A DNA stretch of 64,000 nt from Octopus sinensis (Eukaryota), in contig NC_042999.1 in assembly GCF_006345805.1 (NCBI RefSeq), positions 111,290,001-111,354,000 on the forward strand, read 5' to 3'. Both the position numbers and the translations under genes were made by a program. The notes under the pieces are model-generated. The model did not search any database, was not told the DNA's origin, and saw nothing but the letters and a program-made list of their open reading frames with translations. The first letter of the stretch is position 1, and each line of letters opens with the position of its first letter. This document shows positions 12,921 to 26,470 of the stretch, in pieces.

Positions 12921-13104
12921 ATCTTCGAATAACTGAGATTATCTATGCAATTAGACGTAAACAGTTCTGAGGTATTTGATCTCAAAATGTAGAAATATGT
13001 AACGAAATATCGCAAGGCATCTACTTGTTATTCTGCAATTTCTGACAATTCACTGCCCAACTATAAAAACAACTATCAGAGCAGCAGCAACAATAACAGC
13101 AGCA

Positions 13105-13161
13105 ATGATGATGATGACGACGACGACGGCGATGATGATGATAATGATAATAATAATAATG

Positions 13162-13220
<59 letters not shown>

Positions 13221-13290
13221 TAATAATAATGATAATAATAATAATGATAATAATAATAATGATAATAATAATGATGATAATAATAATAAT
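13105..13290. repeat. (TAA)n/(TGA)n microsatellite
   Basis: Directly visible. Confidence 0.95.
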
Positions 13291-14863
13291 AGTACAAGAC
13301 TGATAGTAAAATAAGAATAAGAGTCAAACAGGATTTCCATGAAATAAGTGATCCAGAAGAAAACAGTGTAACAAAAATTAAACAAGCTATCAGAGACAGC
13401 GCAAGCCATTGATAATTGCATCATTGCTGCAAGCAGTATACAAAAGGAAAGCCACAACACACAATCGTCAACCTATAATATATGTAACTGAAAGAGCAGA
13501 AAATCAGAATTTCAACCTTACTAGCTTAGATGTCAAATAAATTTCCAAACATGTCAATTGTTCCTATTTGAATTTATCTGTTTTCCAGATCATTGTTCTT
13601 CAGTTTCAACTAACACTTCCCACCCACTTCATTTCTTTCTCACGCACTTATAGACAAAAATCATATATGCAACAGACACACATACACACACTAGCACACA
13701 AATATAAACATACACGCGACTAAACTCCGTCTTCACCAGCATACGACAATGTAATTGGAATGAAACAAAATAGAATGATGTGTCTCTGTGTGTGGGTGGT
13801 TGGATGGTGGAAGAACAATAGAGAAAAATCCTTGAACAAGGTGAGATGCATATCTGCAAGCTACATATAATATTTTTGTTTCCGTGACTGATTCTTGTCG
13901 AAAAAATTCCTAGCCCTTCAAACATAACTTACACGAAGCTGCGAGCTTTGAAAATCTCAGTGTAACTAGTTTAAAGTACAATTCTGTCTCGCTTCCGGAG
14001 AGAATCAGAAGAAACATGTTCTCGCCTCTGACGATAAATAACTTCAACTTACATATTTTACCTTTAATATTGCTTCATTTCAATTGCAATTGTGTTCAGG
14101 GATGTTATTTGCTTATTTTATTTTAATCTTTCATTCAAATTCCTTTGTTACTTACATTTTGTTTTCTTAATGTATTTTGTCACTTTTGCATTTCTCTTCC
14201 AGTTACTCTGTGTCTTTCGTTTTTCTTTTAAGATTGTTAGATTTTTGTAATAAAAAAAAAAGAAAAGAAAGAAAAAGAAAAGGATTGCTTTCTTTTAAAT
14301 GATTTTATTTGCTTGTATTTTTTTTTTTAAATATTACATTTGTACTTTTTTTATTTATTTATAATTCATTTTCTTTTAGTTTCTAAATTGTTATGAAAAA
14401 TATTTCGGAACACATATAATTTTATTATGAACACTTAGCTTGTGAAGTATTATCTTAAGATTTAATACTGTGTTATTATCATTAAAGATGAAAGTCAACA
14501 CCATAACTGTCGAAGATATTCTATAGTTCATTAGCATTAATGTTACTGATATTGTTGGTATTTTAGATGGAAATTACTTACTTCTAAAATGGATTATACA
14601 TGGAATTTCATAAGACATAATAAAAATATATATATATAATGCCACTAAATGCAATAAAATAGTTTTATATGCATACAAATTCATACATATTATATTGCTG
14701 AATATAGTTACGCAAATACTTGCATCAAAACGCGTGTGTGTATATATTATAATCACACACACGCACACGCACACGCACATACATACATACATATACATAT
14801 ATATATATATATATATATACATATATCAGTGCACGAGTCTATGTGTGTGAATATTCATTTATA

Positions 14864-14921
<58 letters not shown>

Positions 14922-16647
14922 CGTGTGTGTGTGTGTGTGTGTATATGTATGTATATTATGTGTGTATGTGTACGTGCTCATTTTGTCAGTAATGTTTCTT
15001 TGATACCTGTTATACTGAAAGGAGAGCTACACAAGCACCTAATGAGTAACTTTTCTATGAAACTCTGGATGCTGTTTTCGCTTCATAGTGGCTGGAGGAA
15101 AATTATTCTCAGGTGGATACTTTCCCTTCAAAATCTTATGTACCTTATATTCGTTACCACTGAAATGTTCAAACCGTATTCATAACGTTAGTAAGTATAG
15201 AAAATAATAGCTAATAAGATATGAGGTATCTGTGTATATAGCTTACATTATAAATATAGGGATGAATTATGTGAAAGGTTTTTGCATATTTTCAGGCAAA
15301 TAATAGCTGCAACGCACCCGTGCATAGGACATGAATCTTGGCATTAGCTTCCGTATCCTGTTTTCTGATTGTGTAAAAAAAATCAAACTTTAAACCACTG
15401 CAAAATTTTTCTAAATTTTTTAATGGAATAAATGAATCACAATAGCGGATGCAGCTTGAAAAAGTACAACAATATACCAGATTTTTAAATTTTCACTTAA
15501 TTTTAAAATTTCAAAATTTGTGAATGCAACAGGAAGATATCCCTGTTTGTCTATGGCTTTCCTTTTCTTATAATATACTTTCTCACTCTCTATAAAAGTA
15601 TATCACTCACGCTGTGTTTGTGTCTGTATGTGTGCATGTAAGGAAATTCGTTAAGGCGACAGTGTGATTTTAAAAAGTGTATGTAAAAGAATATATTTTA
15701 ATAGCATACGTTTCTGTTAGTAAATATATTTTCTTACACACACGCGCACATACACACCCACACCCACACACACACACATGGAATCGCTTGATGCGGGTAG
15801 GGTTAAAGATTTAAATTACAAGCTTTTTGCTGTTGTTTAAATCACAGCAACGGTCCACTGCATCATCATTCCATAAAATGTGTTTATTGGGAGAAAAATA
15901 TTGACAAAACATCAATACATGTCACATGGAGAAAGAAATGAAGCAGGTACCAGATGGTCGTAGGATGTGGTAGATACAACAGATCAATGTCCCTTAAATC
16001 ACCTCTCAGTTTGAAAATAATTTTTGAAATTACAAGCAGAAATAATTTGCAAAACACTATTTGAATTATTTAAACTTTGATTTTTAAAAAAATTCGAAAT
16101 TTTAGGATTTATTTGTTAGTAAAAAATATTATGAAAATTTAATTCTATTTTTTAGATTATGCTTCATTTTCTCTTTGAAAGTAAAGGAAGTGGGGATTGT
16201 AATGGTGATCGCCAATTTCTAATTTTTTAAAGTTTCAAGGCTTCTCCCATTGTTTTTAAGTGCTTAGTGCCACAAAAAATCGGCCAAAATCGGTTCTGAG
16301 TAAGGGTCCGGACGCAGGGTAAAAGATTTGACAAAATTCATAAATTTTTATTTGTATTCTTTTTTCAACGGAAAGCCATATCCCATTGTTAAATTCGTAG
16401 TGCAAAGTAAAATTGGAAAAAATCTGCCCGGGAAGTGATGAGAAGAGATTGAAAAATTTTCCAAAACCTTTTTTCATAAAAAGTTTTCCCTCAGGCATTA
16501 GGAAGGCTATGGTCAGAAAAAATTTGAAAGGTCTCCGTCAAAACAGAGAAAATCCAACTTACCTGGGTATGCTATTCCGAATGTCCGCCAAGGCATTCTC
16601 TTGCGACAATGATCTGCTAACGACAAGATAGTTACCTAATGTGCATG

Positions 16648-16679
<32 letters not shown>

Positions 16680-17108
16680 ATTTCAACAATTGAGGGCAAA
16701 ATTAATTAATTATTAATCAATTTCACCAAGTGTTCAGTATGCAAAGGGACCATTCAAGGCGAATTCAAATTATTACATTATATAAAAGGGCTTAGTAAAA
16801 TAAATTACTTTGCCGCATACTGAACTCATTAGAAATAGCAGCTAAAAAACTTTTTTAAAGCTATTTCTAATACTTAAAGAAAATCTCTCTCATATATAGT
16901 GTTTGCTTAATTCAACTCACAAAAGTTTGGGGGTAAGGACATCGAAAAATCAAATGCTAAGGTTATTTGAGAACGTACGTTTCAAGATTAGTCAAAAAAC
17001 AACACTTCTATCATCAGCTCAGAAATTCCTTGGTTTGGATTTGGAAACACTGAAAATAAGAACATACCCTTTCGAAGATTTGCTCGTAACTAACAGTGTC
17101 AACAAATT

Positions 17109-17110
<2 letters not shown>
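16680..17110 (-). mobile_element. Penelope-like pLTR-type insert flanked by (TA)n
   Basis: Bounded by TA tracts. Contains a minus-strand hammerhead and two 11-bp inverted pairs (16732-42/16815-25 and 16829-39/16860-70). Confidence 0.55.
16968..17021 (-). ncRNA. Type I hammerhead ribozyme motif (palindromic stem III)
   Basis: Minus strand reads tgag CTGATGA taga...tctt GAAA CGTACG TT|ctca: stem I tgag/ctca, stem III ACGTACGT palindrome, GUU triplet. Confidence 0.8.
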
Positions 17111-17144
<34 letters not shown>

Positions 17145-17146
17145 CA

Positions 17147-17181
<35 letters not shown>

Positions 17182-17255
17182 GCATGTATTGTATGTATGT
17201 ATGTATGTGCGTATATGTGCATGTCTGTATATATATATAAATTTGTGTGTGTGTA

Positions 17256-17496
17256 CAGGGTTTCCTAAAAGTCTCCCGACAATAACTCAAAATTCCATTA
17301 ATACTTAATATTCAGTTTTATTTATTCATTCCAATTATGAATGTTTAATAATTGAATGCCTTGAGTTAAAGATCGCCGTTTTATTTTTTCAACATTTATC
17401 TATTTATTAGCGAAGCCTCATACAAAATAACTTTTTGATTTTCTCTTGGAATTAAATGGTTTCTATTTACTATTATGTGACTTTTGGCCAACCCAG
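17256..17496. mobile_element. Tc1/mariner-derived MITE-like element, TA-flanked
   Basis: TA|cagggtttcctaaaagtc ... gacttttggccaacccag|TA; imperfect terminal inverted repeats; 241 bp; non-coding. Confidence 0.5.
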
Positions 17497-18838
17497 TATA
17501 TATGTAGCTGATGTTTACAACCACGATGTATCATTCTGAAGATTGGTGTGCTGGTTCCCAAATCAGTACCTTCTCTATTTGAGTATACATGCATATATGT
17601 ATGTTTACATATTTTTATTCTTATATTGTTTTTTATGTTTCAGTCTTAAGGCTGTGGCCAAGCTGGAGCACCGTATATGTATATTTAATGTGTTAATATT
17701 TATGTAATATCAAATATATAACTAAGGTTATGATACAGTTGTAAGCAAATCGAATAAACGTCTACTCTCTCAGGCCAGTTCTTTTATCTATTCTTTCTCT
17801 CCTCTCTCTCTCCCTTTATATAGATAATATAGATATATATATATATATATTTGTGCGTGAGCATATGTATGTGTGTGTGAGTATATGTATATATACGTGT
17901 GTGTGTATTTGTGTGTGGGTATATATATACATCTGTGTTTGTGTGTGTTTGAGCTCAAACGCACACATACACGCATACACGCACACTTCACACATCTAAT
18001 TAAGGAGTCTAGAATGATATAAACATTTTTGATCTGAATTCAAATCCGCTGAAAGTCAAGTTTGTTTTTCACTGTTCTGAGACCGTTTAATCTTGCTGCT
18101 TTTGTAGTTATTGATGTTGCATGGATGTAATATACTAGTACATGGAAAGGTGCTTCTAAAAAATTATCCTTCTTATGATAACACTTTACGTTTCTGCGCG
18201 ACAAAAGAATCTGTAAGACGCTTCTATTCGTTAGAATAAATAGCATTATTTTTTAAATGATAAATTTACAGTAAGTGTCATTGCGATAAGCTTTGTAATA
18301 AAATAACTCAGAATCTTGAAGCCAAAGAGTTTGGAACTTCTATATAACAACGTTTTAGAAAACCTTCTAAATAATTGGTTCACATCAATAATTCTTCATT
18401 TAGAACAAATTTCTGAAATGCTAATACATTTACTTCAATAATAAACGCACAAAAGTGCTGCATTCCTTGTGCTTCTTACAACTGCAATTAAATGTGATAA
18501 CTACAGTGAAATATTTAAGGCAGGCTTGTTGGAGGAATTTTAATTACTTGATTGCTAATTGCAAGATATATCCAGTACCGCTTACCAGAATATTAAGATA
18601 AAATATATTCCAGCTAAAACATTTATCGTTTAAGTAGCTTTTAATTTCTCAATTCCTCAATGCTATTATATTTAAGACATGTACATTTCGTACTAATTTA
18701 TGACAATTTGATAGATTAAGCAGAGCATATATCTGTTCACCAAAAGATAGCAGGAATTAGAGAGCAGATTGACTGACACTGTGTATGTATGTGTGTGAGA
18801 GCGTGTGTTCATGTATGTGTGAGTGAGTATAAATATAA

Positions 18839-18889
<51 letters not shown>

Positions 18890-19440
18890 TTAAGTAAAGA
18901 AATGAGCTAGATTTAATTCCCCATTCTAATATTCTTGTTGGTTGGTTGGGATGGAGGTTTCCTCCACATATACAGTCAAGACAGGCAAATAATGCTAGCT
19001 TTCCGCTGAAACGAGGATGGGGAGCGACCCAGTTAAAGCCATTTTGTTTTATTTATAAGAGGATAGATTAGAGATTCGTCTGCTATGATATCTGCTGTTA
19101 GATTTATAATTATAGTTGGATGATGATTGATGTACCTATGCATTTATACATGTTTGAACAAACTACGCGTATATAGATAACTGATATATATATATATATT
19201 CCTTGTTAGGTTTTCTACATGGGTAGGATATGGCGTCAAGTTTAACTCTTCGTTGGAACTTACCAAATCAGGCCGCCAACAATTCTCATTTTGAAATTAT
19301 ATTTGAAGTAAAACAGAAGTGAATGAAACTTACTTCAGCAATAAAAACTGAATATACTTTCATCAGTTTGTATATCTATTTATGTATATGTACGTACATA
19401 TGAGTAAATATATAATATATATGTACATATACACACACAC

Positions 19441-20470
19441 CAGGTTGAGTTAGAAGTTTTTTCGTAGTTTAAGCTTTAATTCATAATTCAAACAAATGAC
19501 ATACGAAAACGTTTATTTATCGAAATATTACCCATCATATTCTATTGTCGGTTACAATCGTTGTGCCTTGCTTATACTATTTGGCTGGTTTAGAGGCAAA
19601 AATACCTCCCTGTGCCTGTTTTCAACCTTATCCATATTGTTGAATCTCTGTCCGTACAGGAAATTAGTCATGGCTCGGAAAAGGCGGTAATCTGATAATG
19701 CAAGGATATGATGAGGTAGCAATTCCGGTCCCTCAAAATCTTCGAGTTCTTGAATTTGGAGGTTGGTCACATGGGTAATGTATACTGGGGCATTGTCATG
19801 TTGAAGGAGTACATATCGTCGATTGACCAATGCAGAATAGCGGGCTTTCAAAGCATCATATACTCGCTGCAGTTGTTAAGCATAAAGGTTAGCGATCACA
19901 GTATTACCATCTAGGACAAGCTCAAAGTGCTACTCTCTCTCGACATTCCACCAAATGCTCAATATGAGATGTTCGAACTGTCCTTGTATGACAACAGATT
20001 TTGAAGCATGGCCGGAACGAAACTTCCGATATCCCTTATTAGGATTACGAAAATTGACCCATCTTTCAACTAATAATTTTCGACACCAAAAACGGGTATT
20101 TCGAGCATTTGCTAGCAGTTATTTACGAATGTTCACGATTGTTGAGCCTGATCATTAATCAATTCATGATGAACTTCTCGATAGCGTCAGTTCACAAGGT
20201 TGAGCTTATGAAGATGTCGATTGATGGGGTTTTGTGCAGAACCAATTTCTGCCGACAATATACGAGTGTTTGTGCTTATCTTCAAGGCTGGTGTCACCCT
20301 CTCCTTGAAACGCCTGACGAAGTTTTGTGCCGCACTTTCGTTGACAGTTCCTGGGCCTTTCGCATCATCAATTTCTTTTGCCGCTGCCTTTGCACTCATT
20401 CCTTTTTGCCACATGTAGCGTTCTGTGTCTCTAAATTGCAATTTCTTTGATACTCGTTATCAGAGCTGTA
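19441..20470 (-). mobile_element. Decayed mariner (DD34D-type) transposon
   Basis: HTH remnant WQKGMSAKAAAKEIDDAKGPGTVNESAAQNFVRRFK (20187-20441) and catalytic remnant LLQHDNAP..LALSDYRLFRAMTNFLYGQRF (19552-19851). Frameshifted. Confidence 0.85.
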
Positions 20471-20629
20471 AAATAAAGAATAAACTACTGTTTATTAGTG
20501 AGATCAGCTCTCTCAAAAGCGTTAAGACCAAGTCTTCAATTTAAGGTTAACTTCTTCCATTGCTCTATATCAGTCAAGATGTTTCTGGCAAAAAACAAGG
20601 GGTCTGACCCTACTTCTCACTAATCCATG

Positions 20630-20705
<76 letters not shown>

Positions 20706-20707
<2 letters not shown>

Positions 20708-21118
20708 CGCAGGAGTGGCTGTGTGGCAAGTAGCTTGCTTACCAACCACATGGTTCCAGGTTCAGTCCCACTGCGTACCATCTTGGGCAAGTGTCTTCTG
20801 CTATAGCCTCGGGCCCACCAATGCCTTGTGAGTGGATTTGGTAGACGGAAACTGAAAGAAGCCTGTCGTATATATGTATATATATATATATGTATGTGTG
20901 TGTATATGTTTGTGTGTCTGTGTTTGTCCCCCTAACATTGCTTGACAACCGATGCTTGTGTGTTTACGTCCCCGTCACTTAGCGGTTCGGCATAAGAGAC
21001 CGATAGAATAAGTACTAGGCTTACAAAGAATAAGTCCCGGGGTAGATTTGCTCGATTAAAGGCGGTACTCCAGCATGGCCGCAGTCAAATGACTGAAACA
21101 AGTAAAAGAGTAAAGAGA
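20706..21118 (+). mobile_element. Full-length tRNA-derived SINE with internal (TA)/(TG) microsatellite
   Basis: A-box-like tggctgtgtgg and B-box-like ggttcagtccc. The body and tail (..ccagcatggccgcagtcaaatgactgaaacaagtaaaagag) are shared with 30642, 35583 and 62570. Confidence 0.85.
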
Positions 21119-21457
21119 GAGTAATATATATATTTTGCTCTTTCTCAATTTAGTCATCTAATGTCCAAACTTTCTCTGTGAACATTGTTTTCTCTATCTC
21201 TGTCTCTGTTTTCCTCATCTCCCTGATTCTCACTATCTCACTATCTCTTTCCTTTCTATCATCAAGTCGCTCTAACATTCTGCTTTTCACTAAGGCCGTA
21301 TCTTCATTCTGCTAGTTTCTCTTACTATTTATCTCACTCTCTACCCTACAATCGCTCTATTACTCTATTACTTTATTTTACTCAATATTATAATCTACTA
21401 TTCTTTCCTTCTGCCTATGTCTTTCTCCCTCCCTCTCTCTCTCTCAGTCTCTCTTTC

Positions 21458-21489
<32 letters not shown>

Positions 21490-23673
21490 ATATTTTCCAC
21501 ACATTTATGATAAGAGAATTTGTTTAAAACTGGTAATTTTCCTGAAGGCATTTGTCCTATTTATTTTTTTACCATTTCAGATATCTTGTGATATGTTTAT
21601 CTTACTTTTGCCCTGTGTGACTGTATGTGTGAGTGTGAATATCTATGTGTGTGAATGTTTTGGTATTTTATTTTTGATGAGTATTTTTTTTTATTTCAGT
21701 TTTTATACTTTTTCTTATATTAATTTGCTTTGAAAGTTATCTTCTTTGTTTTGCTTTTTTTTATTGTCTATAGCTCTTCGCCATATCAATTGAAACTCGA
21801 ATAATCAGTTACCATTCCTTTCTCTGCAAAAAATGGTTCCCTTCTCACGTATGTTTTTTTCACACCAAATACGGAACTTCGAAAGTTTAACTAAGCAGAA
21901 TCCATAATATGCAAACAAAAAGAAAAAGCATAAAAGCAAAATCCAAGGAAACTAACGGTGCTCTGCATCGACAAAAACCAGTTAATCATAATCGCAAATA
22001 TGGATAAGTTTCATATGCTCTAGGAGATGAAACTTGTACTAATGTTTCGAGCAAAGCATTTGACCGGAAACAAAAAACAAACATTGAAATATAGAATATA
22101 TTTCTTTCCAGAGAAATCCTCTTCTTGAAATGTCAATGCTCTCGTTTCCTTGCAGTATACAAACATATTTATGTTTTCCTATTTCCAAATTAATCTTAGC
22201 TAAATATTCTTCTCAGTCTAAAAAGAATTTAGACAGGTATAATCAAACAGACAGACACTGCCCCTTCTCCTCAGGTTACCTTTTACAAAAGAAAACCAGT
22301 CAGTTAAATTAAATACAATGTTTATATTCTATTGTTAGAGGGTTGTAACTGGTTCTGATACGGAGACAGCTCAACAAATAAAGCTTTATGATAATGCTTT
22401 ATATCCTGCTTCCACTTGAATGTGCTGAAAATTTATTCCACATTTTGAATCTCTAAAATGTGGTCGCTACTTTAAAGGTGATAAGAAGTTTGAGATTTAG
22501 CAGCTACATTCAGCAGGTCAAGCAAATGGCATACTCTTTACTTCGAAGTTTCCTCGCCGATTCCTATTTCTCAATCTCTGGAATGACTTAGAAGTAACAT
22601 CAACATTAAAAACATAAGCTAGAAAATAAATTAAAAGTCATTTAGTCATTTAATTTACTAACCACTATTTATATTTTCTTTCTTGCGTAGTTTATTTATC
22701 TTTATTAATCAAGAGTTCAGTTTCGTAAATAATGAGATAACAGTTGTCAGGATATAGAGACAGGAATAACAATTAATCCAATACCTATTTCTAGCGACAA
22801 ATGTTCTTTCGAAGTTCTCACCAAAATCTTGAAATTATGCCAAATAGAAACCTGATGTAAAAAAAAGAGCCAACCTAAAATTGGTTAGAATTTTTTGTGA
22901 AAGAGCCATGCAGTCGTAATTTCTGTCAAAAAATACATTATTCAAAAGAGATATTAACCAATTTCTTTGCTCTTTCCACACAGTAACAAAAGAACGACAA
23001 CTAAATGGATAAATAAACAAGCATAAAATAAACATATGTTATGTAATTTACCATCTCACTGGAACCAACCAGTTGGACATAAGAGAATGATTTACTTTTA
23101 ACAGGAATCTCATATCAAATTCTGAAGTCGTGAGACAACAAAACGAAAGCTGCTTGCTTTTGAGACTATACATCATCAATGGTCCATCAGTGATAGAAAC
23201 AAAGTCTCATGAGACACTAAAAGAAAAAAACAACAGAAGACATTCAAAAGAACAGATGTTTGCAAAAGTCCTACCGCTAGTTTTCCTGGTACCCATTGTT
23301 TTCTCCTCCATGTCGTTCACTTTTCTGTTCTCTACAAAAAGCCATATTTAGTGAAGTAATGAAATTTTATATTGTTGCCCAACAAAGAGCTTACGAAAGC
23401 GTGAAAGAATGAATGGAAACCAAAATTTCTTACACAGGACAGCTAAGAAAGGAAAATAAATAGATTTTAAAATGTAAACGCATTACTTCCCAAAAATCTC
23501 TGAAAATTAACTGTAAGATTATATATTTGTGTTTCACTATACGTAAATACAATATATATATATATATATATACACATATTATATATACATGTATGTATGC
23601 ATGTATGTATGTATGTATGTATATAGGTTTGTGTGTGTGTGTGAAAAGGACTAGAGAAACGTGAAATAAAGTA

Positions 23674-24240
23674 TTGGGTTGTCCGGAAAGTTCATGCCGA
23701 TTTTTAAAGGAAAGAAAAAGGTCAATAAATACTTCGCATTACATTTTTAATCAACCAAATATAAACCATTTTGTCGCACTATGCGTCTCCATCTTTCCTT
23801 TAGCTTGAAAATACCCTCTTCCCAGAATTGAGGTGGTTTCCCTGGCAAAGAATTCATCAAGGTATCTTTTTACGTCATCCAAGGAATTGAAATTTTTACC
23901 ATTAAGACTATTCTGCAGAGATCTGAATTAGTGGAAATCCGAAGGAGCAATATCTGGTGAATATGGAGGGTGCGGTAACACATCCCAGCCGAGCTGCAGC
24001 GATTTTTGTCTGGTTCCCAAAGCACCAAGGGTCGAAAATGAACTTTCTTATCTTACGTTTTAAAGGGTTGCAGAATTAACACAGGTTATACGATCATAAA
24101 CCTTCTTCCACGAAAAGATAGCTTAAACTGTGCTCTAAAAGGGGGTGCAGTCAAATCTTATTTTATGGACACAAAAATGTTCTAAAATAAGTCGAAAGTT
24201 AAGCTACTCAAAATCGGCATGAACTTTCCGGACAACGCAA
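23674..24240 (-). mobile_element. Internally deleted mariner with both TIRs and TA TSD
   Basis: TA|ttgggttgtccggaaagttcatgccgattt ... aaatcggcatgaactttccggacaacgcaa|TA (one mismatch in 30 bp). The minus strand encodes GWDVLPHPPYSPDIAPSDFH..KERWRRIVRQNG. Confidence 0.93.
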
Positions 24241-24561
24241 TACTTTGCTCAAGAACACAACACATCGCTCGGTCCAGGAATCGAAAGGAACTTTCATGAG
24301 TCAAACATTCTAACTGCTAAGGCATGTGCCTACATATGCGCGCGTGTACACACACATGTATATATATGTGTGTCTGTGTGTATGTGTGTGTGTATGTGTG
24401 TATGTGTGTGTGTGTATCTACATGTATATAAACATAGATAAAGATAGACAGATAAGCTTACATATATATAAACAAAAGACGTTTATATATGCATATCTAC
24501 TTACATATATATATGTTGTGTGTATGTATTTATATACATACATACACACACACACACACAT

Positions 24562-24645
<84 letters not shown>

Positions 24646-25750
24646 GATATATACATTCATGCATACAAACACATACGCACACACTCAAATGTATGAATGA
24701 TTGAATGATATATGTGTATGTATAAGTGTTATTTTGTTAATGTATAAATAAAGGACCCCACCCAAAATATTAGTTCTTAGTTTATCTCCTAGCACATTAA
24801 CATACGCGTTTCTGTTTCATTCACAATTTAATCCCCTCTGTTGAAAACCATCTGTAGCCTATCAATATTCTTATCTATGCTTATTTAGATATCAAGTTCC
24901 TAACAGATATATTTTTGCTTGTGATTTTTCACACATCTAACTTGTTAGGACCCACTCTGTGTTATGTAAGAGAAAGTCTACTTTTATATTCGATGAAGTA
25001 TGAAGGCAATTATATCAAGTTTTCCGTATGAAATCAACCTGTTATTACCAATATAATTGAAAATGAAATTTCAAAAACCCCAAAATTCCAAGTCGTTATC
25101 GATAAAATTCTAACAACGTTAAGAAAAATGTACTGGTAGAATCATTATCACGTCGGGCAATATGATCAGCAACATTTCATTCGTCTTTTTTTATCTTTTT
25201 TTTTTGTCTGTTTGTTCTTTCTTGTCGCTCTGGCTTAAATGCCACAGGGGTGGACTTTGCCTTTCATGGTTTCAGTGTCGATGAAATAAAGTACCAGTGG
25301 AACACTGGGATCAAAGTAATCGACTTACCCTCTTCTTCGAAACTGCTGGCCTTCTGCTTTTTAATTGTTTATAACTTTCATTTTTTTAAAACTTTTCTTG
25401 TTAAAATAATATTTTGAAAATGCTTTAACTAAAAAAATTATACATGCTAAATAGTTATCATATAACCTACGACTGCTAATCTGGTGATATATCGATATTT
25501 TGGTTGAAGGAAATATTAAAATCTTTTGCATCGTTTCGATTGCAATTGCCATATGCACTATTCCTCCCTGCTCAGAAAGTGAGTCAAATACACGCATACA
25601 CTAATGCACAATGCATGCATACATACATACATACATATTTACAGACACATACATGAATATGTATTTATAAATATAAGGGAACATTATTATTCAAAAGAAA
25701 TAATATTAGTGGCCGCAAACATAAAACCGTATAGGCAAATTAATGAATAT

Positions 25751-25820
<70 letters not shown>

Positions 25821-25825
<5 letters not shown>

Positions 25826-25956
25826 TATATAGAAGGAGCTTCTACAGGACTAGAACTGTTTCATTCAAGAGAAATCTTCAGGAAGCTCAAGCTTCCTGAA
25901 GATTTCTCTTGAATGAAACAGTTCTAGTCCTGTAGAAGCTCCTTCTATATAATAAA
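25821..25956. repeat. Perfect palindrome, 67-bp arms with 2-nt spacer
   Basis: 25821-25887 is the exact reverse complement of 25890-25956, with spacer CA. It abuts a (TA)n tract. Confidence 0.97.
25890..25940 (+). ncRNA. Type I hammerhead ribozyme motif (mirrored on minus strand at 25837-25887)
   Basis: Stem I agcttc/gaagct; CTGAAGA 25896-902; short stem II ttc/gaa; GAAA 25915-18; stem III ACAG/CTGT with loop TTCTAGTC; GUA, predicted cut after 25934. Confidence 0.78.
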
Positions 25957-26023
25957 TTAATTTTACTCTGCTATGTATTGAGTACCTTATTTACTGTGGT
26001 TAACCCCGAATCAACCCGGGACC

Positions 26024-26063
<40 letters not shown>

Positions 26064-26064
<1 letters not shown>

Positions 26065-26470
26065 TCATTAACATAACTCTAAAGATCAACCAAAAAGAAA
26101 ATATCTACGCTGAACTATTGAGGAATCTACAGTTACTCTATCCAGATTACAAGTTCATGTTTATACTTGTAATTATTGGGACACTGGGATCCCAATTTGT
26201 CCCACTACCTACAGATCCAAGCCATGACTGGAACTGTAAAAATCTGTAAACCTTTGCAGAAGTTTATCATTTAATTATATATGAGCATGTCTAGACATGC
26301 AACTGTATTCATAAGAATACATTGATAAAGCAAAATATATAAATCTGCACATGTGCATGCAAAAATTCCCTGTTGATGTTGAAATTTCAATGAGGGAGAC
26401 TTGGATCTATGTTAGAAAGCGGCTCTTCCCTATTGGTTAGAAATCATGAAATAAAACTTTATAATGACAG
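26064..26470 (+). mobile_element. 3' fragment of an RLE-type (R4/Dong-like) LINE
   Basis: Translates LINITLKINQKENIYAELLRNLQLLYPDYKFMFILVIIGTLG..LQIQAMTGTVKICK, homologous to the C-terminus of the 500-2230 element. Confidence 0.75.

Noticed and set aside
15850-16640. ORFs 16256-16498 and 16413-16631 as Penelope coding sequence
   Set aside because: No RT or GIY-YIG motif is recognisable in either orientation; left unassigned.
20706-20780. tRNA gene at SINE heads (also 30642, 50154, 59335)
   Set aside because: A/B-box-like motifs are present but there is no cloverleaf, and each continues into a SINE body.
23105-23351. Acceptor-like tttacttttaacag followed by an open frame ending in a hydrophobic stretch (MFAKVLPLVFL..)
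   Set aside because: No recognisable homology and no convincing donor site, so it is compatible with chance.
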